Shown here: positions 10,288 to 19,539 of the stretch, in pieces
Numbering within the stretch: the first letter of the stretch is position 1
Layout: the number at the start of each line of letters is the position of its first letter
NCBI GenBank assembly: GCA_965219455.1
Contig: OZ244744.1
Span: 512,001-576,000 of the forward strand
DNA: 64,000 nt
Direction: 5' to 3'
Source of the DNA: Candidatus Latescibacterota bacterium
GTDB lineage: Bacteria; Latescibacterota; UBA2968; GCA-2709665
The notes under the pieces: generated by a model
Seen by the model: the letters and a program-made list of their open reading frames with translations, nothing else
Database searches by the model: none
Told to the model about the DNA's origin: nothing
Position numbers and translations under genes: made by a program

Positions 10288-11040
10288 ATGATTATCGACA
10301 TCAACGCCTACACCGGACACTGGCCATCCCATCCCGTTGCGGGCGCCCTGGACCGCGTACGCGCTTCCCTCACGGAATACGGCGTGGAACGCATCTGCGT
10401 GTCACCCCTCGACGCCGCGTGGTGCCGCAACCCCCATCGATTCAACGACGACCTCTACGCCGCCTCGGGCGCCACCGACGACGTCTTTCCCGTACCCGTC
10501 CTGGATCCGACCATCGCCACGTGGCGCGACGAACTCGATAGGGCGAGAGCGCAGCCCCGTGTCAGGCTGGTCAAGCTCCTGCCCGCCTATTCCGGATACG
10601 ATATGGACTTCGCGTCCGACCTGTTCACGTCCCTCGCCGGCGCCGGGCTGGGTGTCATCGTCCAGACCCGTCTCGAGGATCCCCGGCGACAGCATCCGCT
10701 CGCCCAGGTACCCGACGTCCCGGCCGCCGAAATCGCGGATGCGGCGAAACGCCACCCCGATCTTCTCGTCATCATCGGCGGCCCCCGCACGGGTGAAATC
10801 AGGGCACTTAAGGACAGGCTTCTTGACCTGCCCAACCTCTACGCGGACGTCTCCCAGTCGGACGGCATGGATGCGGTAAAGGTTCTGGTCGAAGACGGCC
10901 TGAGAGGCAAATTGCTGTTCGGCACTCACGCTCCGCTCTTCATACCATACTCGGCCGTTTCGCGCGTGGTCACCGACCTCTCCGACGACGACGCAGCGGC
11001 CATTCTCGGCGGGAACGCCGAGCGAATCGTCAACTGGTAA
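10288..11040 (+). CDS. amidohydrolase-fold protein with degenerate metal ligands
   Basis: MIIDINAY (HxH replaced), NLYADVS, LLFGTHAP. Confidence 0.7.
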   Translation: MIIDINAYTGHWPSHPVAGALDRVRASLTEYGVERICVSPLDAAWCRNPHRFNDDLYAASGATDDVFPVPVLDPTIATWRDELDRARAQPRVRLVKLLPAYSGYDMDFASDLFTSLAGAGLGVIVQTRLEDPRRQHPLAQVPDVPAAEIADAAKRHPDLLVIIGGPRTGEIRALKDRLLDLPNLYADVSQSDGMDAVKVLVEDGLRGKLLFGTHAPLFIPYSAVSRVVTDLSDDDAAAILGGNAERIVNW

Positions 11041-11052
11041 GAGGGTACAGGC

Positions 11053-11889
11053 GTGAACCTATCGACGTTGAGAGACAGGCTGAAACCACCCTGTGACGTC
11101 CTGGACGTGCACGTCCACCCTCTCGGCCCCCGCGCGGCCTCCGTGAAAACCGACGCTCAGAAAATCCTGGAAGCCGCCAAACGTGCCGGGATTACGAAAA
11201 TGTGCATCTTTCTGCTGCATCCCGCATCCGGCGCAGGCAGCAGTCTTCACGAACCCGCCATGCAACACTGCCGGGACGGCAACGACTACAACCTGCGGAT
11301 GCGAGACCGGGCGCCGGAGGCCTTCCTGCCCTTCTGCTACGTCAACCCTGCCTATCCCGATGAGTCCGTCGACGAAATAGACCGCTGCATCATAGACGAG
11401 CGCATGTGCGGCATCAAGCTCTGGGTGGCGCGCCGTGCCACCGACCCCGGCCTGGATCCGATTATGCAACGGGCCGCCGAACTGGACGTCCCCGTTCTGC
11501 AACACGCGTGGGACAAAACCACCGGCAACCTGCCCGGCGAATCCTTTCCCCGGGACGTGGCCGACCTGGCGCGCAGAAACCCCGGCGCGAAAATCATCAT
11601 GGCCCACCTGAACGGATGCGGGCTCAGGGGCATCGAGCACGTCGTGGACTGCCCCAACCTGGTGGTGGACACCGGCGGCGGCGACCCCGAGGCCGGCATC
11701 GTCGAAACCGCCGTGGACGCCCTGGGAGGCGGGCGCGTCGTCTTCGCGTCGGACCTGCCGGTCCGCCTGTTCGGCCAATGCCTTGGAAAGACCCTGGGCG
11801 CCAATCTTCCCGAAAAGACCATGAGAGACATTCTCTGGAACAATGCCGCCGGACTCCTTCCCGAATGGGCCAATGTCAAGCCTTTGTAA
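11053..11889 (+). CDS. amidohydrolase_2 family metallohydrolase (paralog of 9382-10215)
   Basis: DVHVH, GIKLWVARRATDPGLDPI identical to the upstream paralog, FASD. Confidence 0.85.
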   Translation: MNLSTLRDRLKPPCDVLDVHVHPLGPRAASVKTDAQKILEAAKRAGITKMCIFLLHPASGAGSSLHEPAMQHCRDGNDYNLRMRDRAPEAFLPFCYVNPAYPDESVDEIDRCIIDERMCGIKLWVARRATDPGLDPIMQRAAELDVPVLQHAWDKTTGNLPGESFPRDVADLARRNPGAKIIMAHLNGCGLRGIEHVVDCPNLVVDTGGGDPEAGIVETAVDALGGGRVVFASDLPVRLFGQCLGKTLGANLPEKTMRDILWNNAAGLLPEWANVKPL

Positions 11890-11929
11890 GACCCGACCGC
11901 ACGGGTTTATCACCCCTCATCGACAACGT

Positions 11930-11970
11930 CAGGCAGGCGGGAAGACCGCTGGGGGAATTAAGACAGCTTC
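11930..11970. repeat. truncated copy of the right end of the 19333-19521 element
   Basis: 38/41 identical to 19481-19521. Confidence 0.75.
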
Positions 11971-11988
11971 TTGGATGAAGGGCTTCAC

Positions 11989-12711
11989 GTGCAAAAAAAG
12001 AAAATCCTCATCACAGGCGCTGCCGGAAGAATCGGCCGCGTTCTGCGAGAGGGATTGAAGGACGACTACCGCCTCAGACTTCTATGCCACAACACCGTCC
12101 TGCCGGCCCGCCCCGACGAAGAGGTCCGTATTTCAAGTATTGCGGATATGGACAAAGTGGTTGACGCGGTTGATGGCGTGGACGCCGTTGTCCACATGGC
12201 CGGGAATCCTAACGGAAACGCCTCCTTTGAAGACATCCTTGAGGCCAACATCCGCGGCACGTACACCGTTTACGAAGCAGCCCGCCGGACAGGCGTCGAC
12301 CGCGTCGTGTTTGCCAGCAGCAACCACGTAACGGGATACTACGAAAAAAAAGGCATCGGCACCACGACCGAGGTGAACGCGCGGCCGGACAGTTTCTATG
12401 GTGCCAGCAAAGCCTACGGAGAAGACCTGGGCCGGTACTACGCGGACGCCTTCGGACTTTCGGTTATCTGTCTGCGCATCGGCTCCTTTCAGCCCGCTGA
12501 CTCGGTCATCAACCGTACGAGCGACCGGATCCTCGCCTCCTGGCTCAGCCACCGTGACACCGTTCAACTCGTGCGGCGCAGCATCGAAACCAATATACAT
12601 TTTGGAATCTACTACGGCATATCGAACAATACACGCGCATACTGGGACCTCCGAAACGCCCGCGAGGAACTCGGTTACGCCCCCGAAGACGACGCCGAGA
12701 CCTACGCCTGA
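11989..12711 (+). CDS. NAD-dependent epimerase/dehydrogenase, uronate dehydrogenase-like
   Basis: ILITGAAGRIG, FASSNH, RPDSFYGASK (YxxxK), LRIGS, WLSHRD; start uncertain (11971 or 11989). Confidence 0.8.
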   Translation: MQKKKILITGAAGRIGRVLREGLKDDYRLRLLCHNTVLPARPDEEVRISSIADMDKVVDAVDGVDAVVHMAGNPNGNASFEDILEANIRGTYTVYEAARRTGVDRVVFASSNHVTGYYEKKGIGTTTEVNARPDSFYGASKAYGEDLGRYYADAFGLSVICLRIGSFQPADSVINRTSDRILASWLSHRDTVQLVRRSIETNIHFGIYYGISNNTRAYWDLRNAREELGYAPEDDAETYA

Positions 12712-12757
12712 CGGCCGGATCCGAAGCGGCCATTTCCATCCCGGGGCGCCGCCGAAT

Positions 12758-13438
12758 TCAAAAATACCGTAACGCGTCCGTCAGTCCGGCGAGGACGAAA
12801 TCGGCGGCGCCGTGGTGCTGACGCGCGGTGAAGAAATTCGGCACTGCAAACACGGTCATCGCGGCGGCTTTGCCGGCTCTGACGCCCGCCTCGCTATCTT
12901 CGATTACCGCACATCGCTCCGGGTCGACTTTCAATTTCCCGGCCGCCATCAGGTAGATATCCGGCGCCGGTTTCAGCCGTTCCACGTCGCTGCCCGACAG
13001 CATGACGTCAAACACCTCGGCCAGGTCGCTCACGGCATCCATTCTGGATAACAAGCCGCTGCTCAGTGTCTTCATCATCCGGCCGCGCTGCGTAGACGAG
13101 GCCACGGCGAGCGGGTAGCCGCCAGACCGGACGTGCGCCAGCAGTTCCTCGAATCCCGGCATCAACATCACCCGGTCGGAATCCAGGATCGCTTCCTCGA
13201 ATCGACCCATCCAGATCTCTCGGAAAACGGCGGGCGTCACATCCAATCCGAATCTTTCGACGGCGTACGCGCTGTTTTCTTCCACCGGATGGCCCACGCA
13301 AACCGCATAATCGATCCGGCTTATCCCTGCGCCGTAATCCTCCAGCGTCCGGTTGAACGTCTGGCAGTACACCGCCTCGGAATCCACAATCACACCGTCC
13401 ATATCGAATATCACCGCATCATATGTCCGATCTGCCAC
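12758..13438 (-). CDS. HAD-family phosphatase (beta-PGM-like)
   Basis: IFDMDGVIVDSE, AVASS, KPAPDIY, IEDSEAG. Confidence 0.85.
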   Translation of the reverse strand: MADRTYDAVIFDMDGVIVDSEAVYCQTFNRTLEDYGAGISRIDYAVCVGHPVEENSAYAVERFGLDVTPAVFREIWMGRFEEAILDSDRVMLMPGFEELLAHVRSGGYPLAVASSTQRGRMMKTLSSGLLSRMDAVSDLAEVFDVMLSGSDVERLKPAPDIYLMAAGKLKVDPERCAVIEDSEAGVRAGKAAAMTVFAVPNFFTARQHHGAADFVLAGLTDALRYF

Positions 13439-13715
13439 GCATTGACCCTTTAAGTACGCCGCGAACCGCAACGCTCCGGAAAGAATCCTGATCGACGCGC
13501 CCGCGGGAACGACGGACGCCGGGCGATTTCGTCACAAAAAAAACGGAGCGTCTCCCGGTGGATGCCCCGAACGGTCGACAATATTGATAGCGTATTGGCC
13601 GATGTCAAGGATTTTCCTTGTCTATTTTCCCTATTTTCCATTAGTTCTCTCTTGTCGGACACAACCCCATCACGCCGATCGCCCGGAGCCTGTCTTGTCA
13701 CCCAGAGATCCCGAT

Positions 13716-14348
13716 ATGCTGGAAGGCGTCCCTCCCGCGCCAGCCGACCGGATGCCGCTCTGGCGCGAAGAAGGCCAGACGCTGCAGATTAACGAGATCT
13801 TCTACTCTATCGAAGGAGAGGGACTGCGCGTCGGCCAGCCCACCACTTTCGTACGCCTGGCCAGATGCAACCTGCGCTGCTTCTTCTGTGACACCGAATT
13901 CGATACGCATACCGAACTCGATATTGGCGGAATTCTGGCCGAAGTCAGCCGCCACACCGCCTCATGGGTCTGCCTGACGGGAGGCGAACCCCTCGGCCAG
14001 AACATTGGGCCGCTCTGCCGGGAACTCCGAACCGAGCACTACCGCATCCATATCGAAACCAACGGCGCCACCGAGCCGGATCCCGACCTTTACGACCTCA
14101 TCGAGCACTGGACAGTCTCCCCCAAGAGAAAAACCATTGCAAGCGGTCTCAAGAACATCACCGAACTCAAATACGTGGTCGGAAAAAACTTCCACGAAAG
14201 CATCGTGGAAGAAGGCCGAGCCGAATATGTCTACCTCCAACCCGAGTCGAGCAAGCCCGAGTATCTGAGCAAGACCCTCGACATCCTTAAACGCCACCCT
14301 GCATGGCGCCTGTCCTGTCGGATCCACAAGATGCTCGGCCTCCCGTAA
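13716..14348 (+). CDS. queE: 7-carboxy-7-deazaguanine synthase (radical SAM)
   Basis: EIFYSIEGEG, FVRLARCNLRCFFCDT, TGGEP, IETNG, TVSPK, YLQP, WRLS..HK; start uncertain. Confidence 0.85.
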   Translation: MLEGVPPAPADRMPLWREEGQTLQINEIFYSIEGEGLRVGQPTTFVRLARCNLRCFFCDTEFDTHTELDIGGILAEVSRHTASWVCLTGGEPLGQNIGPLCRELRTEHYRIHIETNGATEPDPDLYDLIEHWTVSPKRKTIASGLKNITELKYVVGKNFHESIVEEGRAEYVYLQPESSKPEYLSKTLDILKRHPAWRLSCRIHKMLGLP

Positions 14349-14477
14349 CGATGCCGCACGCATGCCCGAAAGAGCGTTGGCCGAATGCACAAACGGGAAA
14401 AAATGGACCCGTCACCGGAGGCATTTTCCGCGAGAAGAATCTGCGCCGAATTGCGCTTCCGTAGCAGGAGTTTTCCC

Positions 14478-14506
14478 TTGACAATCCGTTCCGGTTAATT
14501 TAAATT
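14478..14506 (+). promoter_or_regulatory. sigma-70 promoter of the thrS operon
   Basis: TTGACA-17 nt-TAAATT. Confidence 0.55.
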
Positions 14507-14598
14507 TGTTGGATGTCATAAGTATATGCCCACCAACCTACTTGCGGAGGAGTGTCAACGGAAAGGATCGTTTGTCACCTGGTGCTTTGCAGAATACG

Positions 14599-14630
14599 AC
14601 GCGCAAGTAGACAGGTCGCGCGTTTTTTTA
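14599..14630 (+). terminator. intrinsic terminator in the thrS leader
   Basis: ACGCGC/GCGCGT hairpin followed by a T run. Confidence 0.45.
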
Positions 14631-14752
14631 TTATGCGAAAGAGAGGCCGCACGCCCACGGTCGCGGCGGCCCTGGCAAAGCAGCGATCCCACTTCTTAAA
14701 AAAACATACATCGATTGATTGTTATTGACGTTTCCGCCGATACGTCTCGTTA

Positions 14753-16711
14753 ATGGTGAAAGCTTCAAATACGATGCCTGAAAACGGCAACATAGCGGTC
14801 ACTTTGCCCGACGGCTCCCGAAAGGGCTATTGCACGGGCGTTACCATCCTGCAGGTAGCCGAATCCATTGGCTCCGGCCTTGCCCGCGCTGCACTTGCCG
14901 GCAAGGTCAACGGCCGCGCCGTGGATCTCTCATGTGCACTGGACGACAGCGTCGGACTGGAAATTCTCACCTTCTCCAGCGATGCCGGAAAAGAAGTCTA
15001 CTGGCACAGCACCGCGCATATCATGGCGCAGGCGGTACAGGATCTGTTTCCGGACGTGAAAGTCACACTGGGCCCGCCTATCGAGAATGGCTTTTACTAC
15101 GACTTCGATCGGGAAAAACCGTTCACGCCGGACGAATTGCACCGGATCGAAGTCCGCATGCGGGAACTCATTGCGGAAGCCCAGCCCTTTGAGCGCCAGG
15201 AAATTACCCGCGAAGCCGCGATCGACCTCTTCAGAGAGCGCGGCGAATCCTACAAACTGGAAATCCTGGAGGAGATCGAACCCGGCGAAACCATCAGCAT
15301 CTATAAAAATGCGGACAAATGGCTGGACCTCTGTCGGGGGCCGCATGTTCCGGACACCGGCCGCATCAAGGCGGTCAAATTGCTGAGTTCATCGGGCGCA
15401 TACTGGCGGGGAGACGAAAACAACGTGATGCTCCAGCGCATCTACGGCATCTCCTTTCCGGGCCAGAAAGACCTCAATGCCTATCTCGAGTACCTTGAAG
15501 AAGCCAGAAATCGGGACCACCGCACCCTCGGTGGCCGGCTCGATCTTTTCTCGATCAACGATACCGCCGGTCCCGGTCTCGTTCTCTGGCACCCCAAGGG
15601 TGCGCGGATCAGAAATCAGATTGAAGATTTCTGGCGCGAAGCGCATTACGGCGGCGGGTACGACCTGGTCTGTTCGCCCCATATTGGCCGGTCCCGACTC
15701 TGGGAAACCAGTGGACACCTGGATTTCTTTCACGAGAGTATGTACCCCCCAATGGATATCGACGGTCAGGCGTATTTCGCCAAACCGATGAATTGTCCCT
15801 TCCATAGCCTCATCTACAAGTCCCGGAGGCGCAGCTATCGGGAGCTTCCCTTTCGGTGGGCCGAACTGGGTACTGTCTATCGCTACGAAATGGTAGGCAC
15901 GTTACACGGGCTGTTGCGGGTGCGCGGATTCACCCAGGACGACGCCCATATCTTCTGTCGTCCGGATCAGGTGGAGGACGAAGTCGCCCGCGTTATCGAC
16001 TTTACGTTGTTCATCCTTAAGTCCTTTGGATTTGAAGACTTCAACGTCTACATCTCAACCCGGCCCGGAAAAGCGGTTGGAGATCCGGCCGACTGGGAAA
16101 GGGCCACCGACGCTCTCAGGCGCGCGGTTGACAGGCAGAAGCTGCCCTACCGGATCGACGCCGGTGCCGGCGCCTTCTATGGACCCAAGATCGACGTAAC
16201 CATCAACGATGCGCTGAACCGGGAATGGCAGTGCACCACCATCCAGTTCGACTTCAACCTTCCGGAACGCTTCGACCTTAGCTTTGTCGGATCCGACGGA
16301 AAATTCCACCGGCCGTACATGGTCCATCGCGCCCTATTGGGTGCCATGGAACGGTTCTTCGGCCTGCTGATCGAACACTACGCGGGAAACTTCCCGCTCT
16401 GGCTGGCGCCCGTGCAAGCCGTTGTACTTCCGGTTTCCGATCCCTTCGCCGACTATGCCATAGAGGTCGCCGGCCATCTTGAAAATGCGGGGCTCCGCGC
16501 CGAAGTCGACCCCCAGGACGCCAAACTCGGTTTCAAGATTCGCGAGGCGGAAGTTCAGAAGATTCCATACATGGTCATCGTGGGCAAACAGGAAGTCGAC
16601 GCAAAATCCATCTCGGTTCGCAGGCATGGCGCCGGTGACCTGGGAAGCATGTCGACGATCGACCTGATTGCCAGGATGCAGAAGGAAATAGAGACGAAAA
16701 GCGCCGCGTAA
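14753..16711 (+). CDS. thrS: threonine--tRNA ligase
   Basis: TGS domain, HSTAH, DLCRGPH, KPMNCP, RVRGFTQDDAH, FYGPKID, QCTTIQFDF. Confidence 0.98.
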   Translation: MVKASNTMPENGNIAVTLPDGSRKGYCTGVTILQVAESIGSGLARAALAGKVNGRAVDLSCALDDSVGLEILTFSSDAGKEVYWHSTAHIMAQAVQDLFPDVKVTLGPPIENGFYYDFDREKPFTPDELHRIEVRMRELIAEAQPFERQEITREAAIDLFRERGESYKLEILEEIEPGETISIYKNADKWLDLCRGPHVPDTGRIKAVKLLSSSGAYWRGDENNVMLQRIYGISFPGQKDLNAYLEYLEEARNRDHRTLGGRLDLFSINDTAGPGLVLWHPKGARIRNQIEDFWREAHYGGGYDLVCSPHIGRSRLWETSGHLDFFHESMYPPMDIDGQAYFAKPMNCPFHSLIYKSRRRSYRELPFRWAELGTVYRYEMVGTLHGLLRVRGFTQDDAHIFCRPDQVEDEVARVIDFTLFILKSFGFEDFNVYISTRPGKAVGDPADWERATDALRRAVDRQKLPYRIDAGAGAFYGPKIDVTINDALNREWQCTTIQFDFNLPERFDLSFVGSDGKFHRPYMVHRALLGAMERFFGLLIEHYAGNFPLWLAPVQAVVLPVSDPFADYAIEVAGHLENAGLRAEVDPQDAKLGFKIREAEVQKIPYMVIVGKQEVDAKSISVRRHGAGDLGSMSTIDLIARMQKEIETKSAA

Positions 16712-16770
16712 CCCCCTCTATTTTCCAATTTGGCCGACAACGGCCCGGATCAAATTCGGAGGTGATCGGT

Positions 16771-17307
16771 ATCAACAGAGGTCCTAGAGGTCTTCGAGAT
16801 CGAAAGCAGGAAAAAGCACCTCGAGTAAACGACCAAATCCGCATTCCGCAGATTCGCCTGGTCGACAACGAGGGCGAACAGGTCGGTATCGTTGAAACCC
16901 GGAAGGCAATTGAAATGGCAATGGAGGCCGGCCTCGACCTGGTCGAAGTTGCTCCCAACGCCCGACCTCCGGTATGCCGGATCATGAATTACGGCAAGTA
17001 CCGATATGAGCAGAGCAAAAAGCAGAAAAAGGGCAAAAAAAGCGGGTCGCAATTGAAAGAGATTCGCCTGGGTCCCAGAATCAGCGATCACGATTACGAT
17101 TTCAAGATCCGCCATGCCGAGAATTTTTTGCAGCACCGCCACAAAGTCAGGATTTCCGTGGAGTTTCGCGGTCGCCAGAACATGTACCGCGCACAGGGCA
17201 GAGTGCTTCTTGAACGCGCGGTGGAAGACCTTCAGGACAACGGCGTGGCCGAACTGCCCATCAAAGACGAAGGCCGAAACATCATCATCATCATCGCGCC
17301 GAAATAA
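16771..17307 (+). CDS. infC: translation initiation factor IF-3 (probable ATC start)
   Basis: RVNDQIR, GLDLVEVAPNARPPVCRIMNYGKY, FRGR; GGAGG 8 nt before in-frame ATC. Confidence 0.96.
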   Translation: MNRGPRGLRDRKQEKAPRVNDQIRIPQIRLVDNEGEQVGIVETRKAIEMAMEAGLDLVEVAPNARPPVCRIMNYGKYRYEQSKKQKKGKKSGSQLKEIRLGPRISDHDYDFKIRHAENFLQHRHKVRISVEFRGRQNMYRAQGRVLLERAVEDLQDNGVAELPIKDEGRNIIIIIAPK

Positions 17308-17440
17308 CATCCACCAATAACGCCCGGAGCAGGAACACAAGAGGCAGGGAAATTCGAATCGCGCCTTTTTCTTCGCTCCAGGTTGCCCGTTTGCTGTTTC
17401 CATTCGGATGGCATAAACGAATATTGCCAAGGAGTTGAAC

Positions 17441-17635
17441 GTGCCCAAAATGAAAACACACCGAGGGGCCGCGAAACGGTTCAAGCGCCGGAAATCCGGT
17501 GTGATTGGTCGCAAGAAGTCAACAGCCACGCATAACCTGACAAACAAGAGCAGCAAACGCAAGATGCATCTGCGCAAACCCGCCGCGGTACACAAATCCG
17601 ACCAGGACCGCGTACAGCGCCTGCTTCCGCGCTGA
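17441..17635 (+). CDS. rpmI: 50S ribosomal protein L35
   Basis: [14 protein letters not shown]; position between infC and rplT. Confidence 0.96.
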   Translation: MPKMKTHRGAAKRFKRRKSGVIGRKKSTATHNLTNKSSKRKMHLRKPAAVHKSDQDRVQRLLPR

Positions 17636-17765
17636 CGGGCCGTTACGCTTTCATTTTGAAAGTTCCTTTCCGGCCAGCGTACAGGGGATTTTCAATAGAG
17701 GCCATGGCGGACCGGCGGCAACGCCGGCACGCAACACTGCCAGGCGCTACCAGGAGACCAACAGC

Positions 17766-18119
17766 ATGCCCAGATCAACGAATAGCGTCGCTTCGCGACG
17801 GAGGCGGAAAAAAGTACTTAAAGCCGCGCGCGGATACCGGGGCGGACGCAGCAAGCTGTACCGCACTGCGGACGACGCCGTCCACCGGGCGCTTTCCTAT
17901 GCATACAGGGACCGCCGTCAGAAAAAGAGAAGTTTCCGCTCTCTTTGGATCGTTCGAATCAACGCCGCCGCCCGGCTTAACGGGCTTTCCTACAGCAACC
18001 TGATCAACGGCCTGAAAAAGGCCGATATTTCCGTTGACAGGAAAGTTCTGGCCAACCTCGCCGTCACGGATGCAGCGGCGTTCTCAGCGCTGGCGGAACA
18101 GGCCCGGCAACACGCGTAA
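17766..18119 (+). CDS. rplT: 50S ribosomal protein L20
   Basis: [37 protein letters not shown]. Confidence 0.98.
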   Translation: MPRSTNSVASRRRRKKVLKAARGYRGGRSKLYRTADDAVHRALSYAYRDRRQKKRSFRSLWIVRINAAARLNGLSYSNLINGLKKADISVDRKVLANLAVTDAAAFSALAEQARQHA

Positions 18120-18211
18120 ATTGCCCTCCAAGTCACGGAATCCAAAAAAAAGCGTCCCCTCGCATTCATTCCCTTTCCGTTTTCGCTCCCCGTGCGTCAG
18201 GTATCCCACCC

Positions 18212-18240
18212 TTGACTTTAAGCCATGGAGGTATTACATT
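18212..18240 (+). promoter_or_regulatory. sigma-70 promoter
   Basis: TTGACT-17 nt-TACATT before the zapB-like gene. Confidence 0.5.
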
Positions 18241-18327
18241 GCGTAGAGTATGGCTACGCAAATATTTTGTTGTTCCCTCTCTGCAAAAAACTGATCGAGA
18301 ATCCGTCAGCCATGAAAGGGTGAATAC

Positions 18328-18801
18328 ATGGAAGCGCAAGATCGGATAAACGAACAATTGGAGTCGGGGATTCGAGACGACGAGCCGTTCGAAACCGTCG
18401 ACCGGACGGACGAACAGACGGAATCGGGCGATCCGGGAGAAACGCAGGTCGATCTGCAGGATCAGGCAGACGGACAAGCGGAAACCGACGACCGGGAAGA
18501 GGAACGGCTGGAGTCGGAAAATCGGGTGTCGGAACAGCTGGATCTCCTTATTGGTGAGATCGATCGCGCCGTCGATATTGTCCAGCAGTTACGACAGGAG
18601 ATCGCCGAACTCGAGCAGAGAAACCAGGAACTTCATGAACGCCTGGAAAACCAGGACCATGTCATCTCCGGATTGCGGGCCGAACGAGAGCGACTCCGGT
18701 CCATTTATGACAATAATGCTTCACTGATTGAGAACAAGGAGGAAATCCAACGCAAAATCGAAACCATGATCTCGCGTCTGGATTCAGTGAATACAGCGTA
18801 A
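18328..18801 (+). CDS. ZapB-like coiled-coil protein with acidic N-terminal extension
   Basis: Coiled coil ending EEIQRKIETMISRLD, immediately upstream of zapA. Confidence 0.6.
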   Translation: MEAQDRINEQLESGIRDDEPFETVDRTDEQTESGDPGETQVDLQDQADGQAETDDREEERLESENRVSEQLDLLIGEIDRAVDIVQQLRQEIAELEQRNQELHERLENQDHVISGLRAERERLRSIYDNNASLIENKEEIQRKIETMISRLDSVNTA

Positions 18802-18870
18802 AACAGCACCGCCGACATCCACACCGAACCTCAGAGTTTCACATATTGCCTCCGGATGTCCCGAGGTTTC

Positions 18871-19155
18871 ATGTCTGAACAACCGGTAATACGCGCCCGG
18901 ATCTTCGGCACCGAATACAACATCTACGCGGAAGGCGACCCGGAACACGCCCGAGCCGTGGCCCAGTACGTCGACCGGAAAATGCGTGAGGTCGCGAACT
19001 ACATTTCCCTCCGTTCGGTTGCCAAGATTGCAGTCGTTGCGGCCGTTAATCTCGCCCATGAGCTGCTCAAAGAGGAAGAAGCCAGTCGCAAGTTGGGAAA
19101 GACCCTGACGGAACAGACTCACAATCTGGCGTCTTTCACAAACCGGATTGCGTAG
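18871..19155 (+). CDS. zapA: cell division protein ZapA
   Basis: IFGTEY, VAQYVDRKM, KIAVVAAVNLA. Confidence 0.9.
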   Translation: MSEQPVIRARIFGTEYNIYAEGDPEHARAVAQYVDRKMREVANYISLRSVAKIAVVAAVNLAHELLKEEEASRKLGKTLTEQTHNLASFTNRIA

Positions 19156-19226
19156 AGACAACCTCAAACAGAAAGGGCGTGCCAGCGATTTCCGGCGCCC
19201 CTGCCGGATTAGCGATTCCGGTGTTG

Positions 19227-19314
19227 CCTGCTGCGTTCATCTGTAACCATCCGGAGCGATCATTTTAAACCGGACGGGATGTACGGAACCGGATGAATGC
19301 AAGCGGGTTTTTTT
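19227..19314 (+). ncRNA. structured RNA or terminator at the usual 6S RNA position
   Basis: CCTGCTGCGTTCATCTG pairs with CGGATGAATGCAAGCGGG, followed by T7, between zapA and rny. Confidence 0.3.
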
Positions 19315-19332
19315 GTTCATGAATTACATAAG

Positions 19333-19521
19333 AAGCTGTTTTTACATTCACGGTGAGTTCCCGAGCGCGAGCGAAAAGGCGGCGTTCAAGGCGGTAGAAC
19401 GCGCCCGTATCTTTGAGATATGGGTGGGTTTTACCAACGCCGACCGACGCATTTGAAGCCGCCTGCCATGCCTGCGGCAGCAGGCAGGCGCGAAGACCGC
19501 TGGGGGTTTTAAGACAGCTTC
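19333..19521. mobile_element. about 190-bp fold-back element (MITE-like; 6S RNA is an alternative)
   Basis: Terminal IR AAGCTGTTTT/AAGACAGCTT, nested internal stems, partial second copy at 11930. Confidence 0.5.
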
Positions 19522-19539
19522 CAAAATGGGGAGACAAAA

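Noticed and set aside
13716-14348. queE as part of a 7-deazaguanine DNA-modification (dpd) system
   Set aside because: Stand-alone gene with no dpdA/tgt, queC or queD neighbours; ordinary queuosine role is more likely
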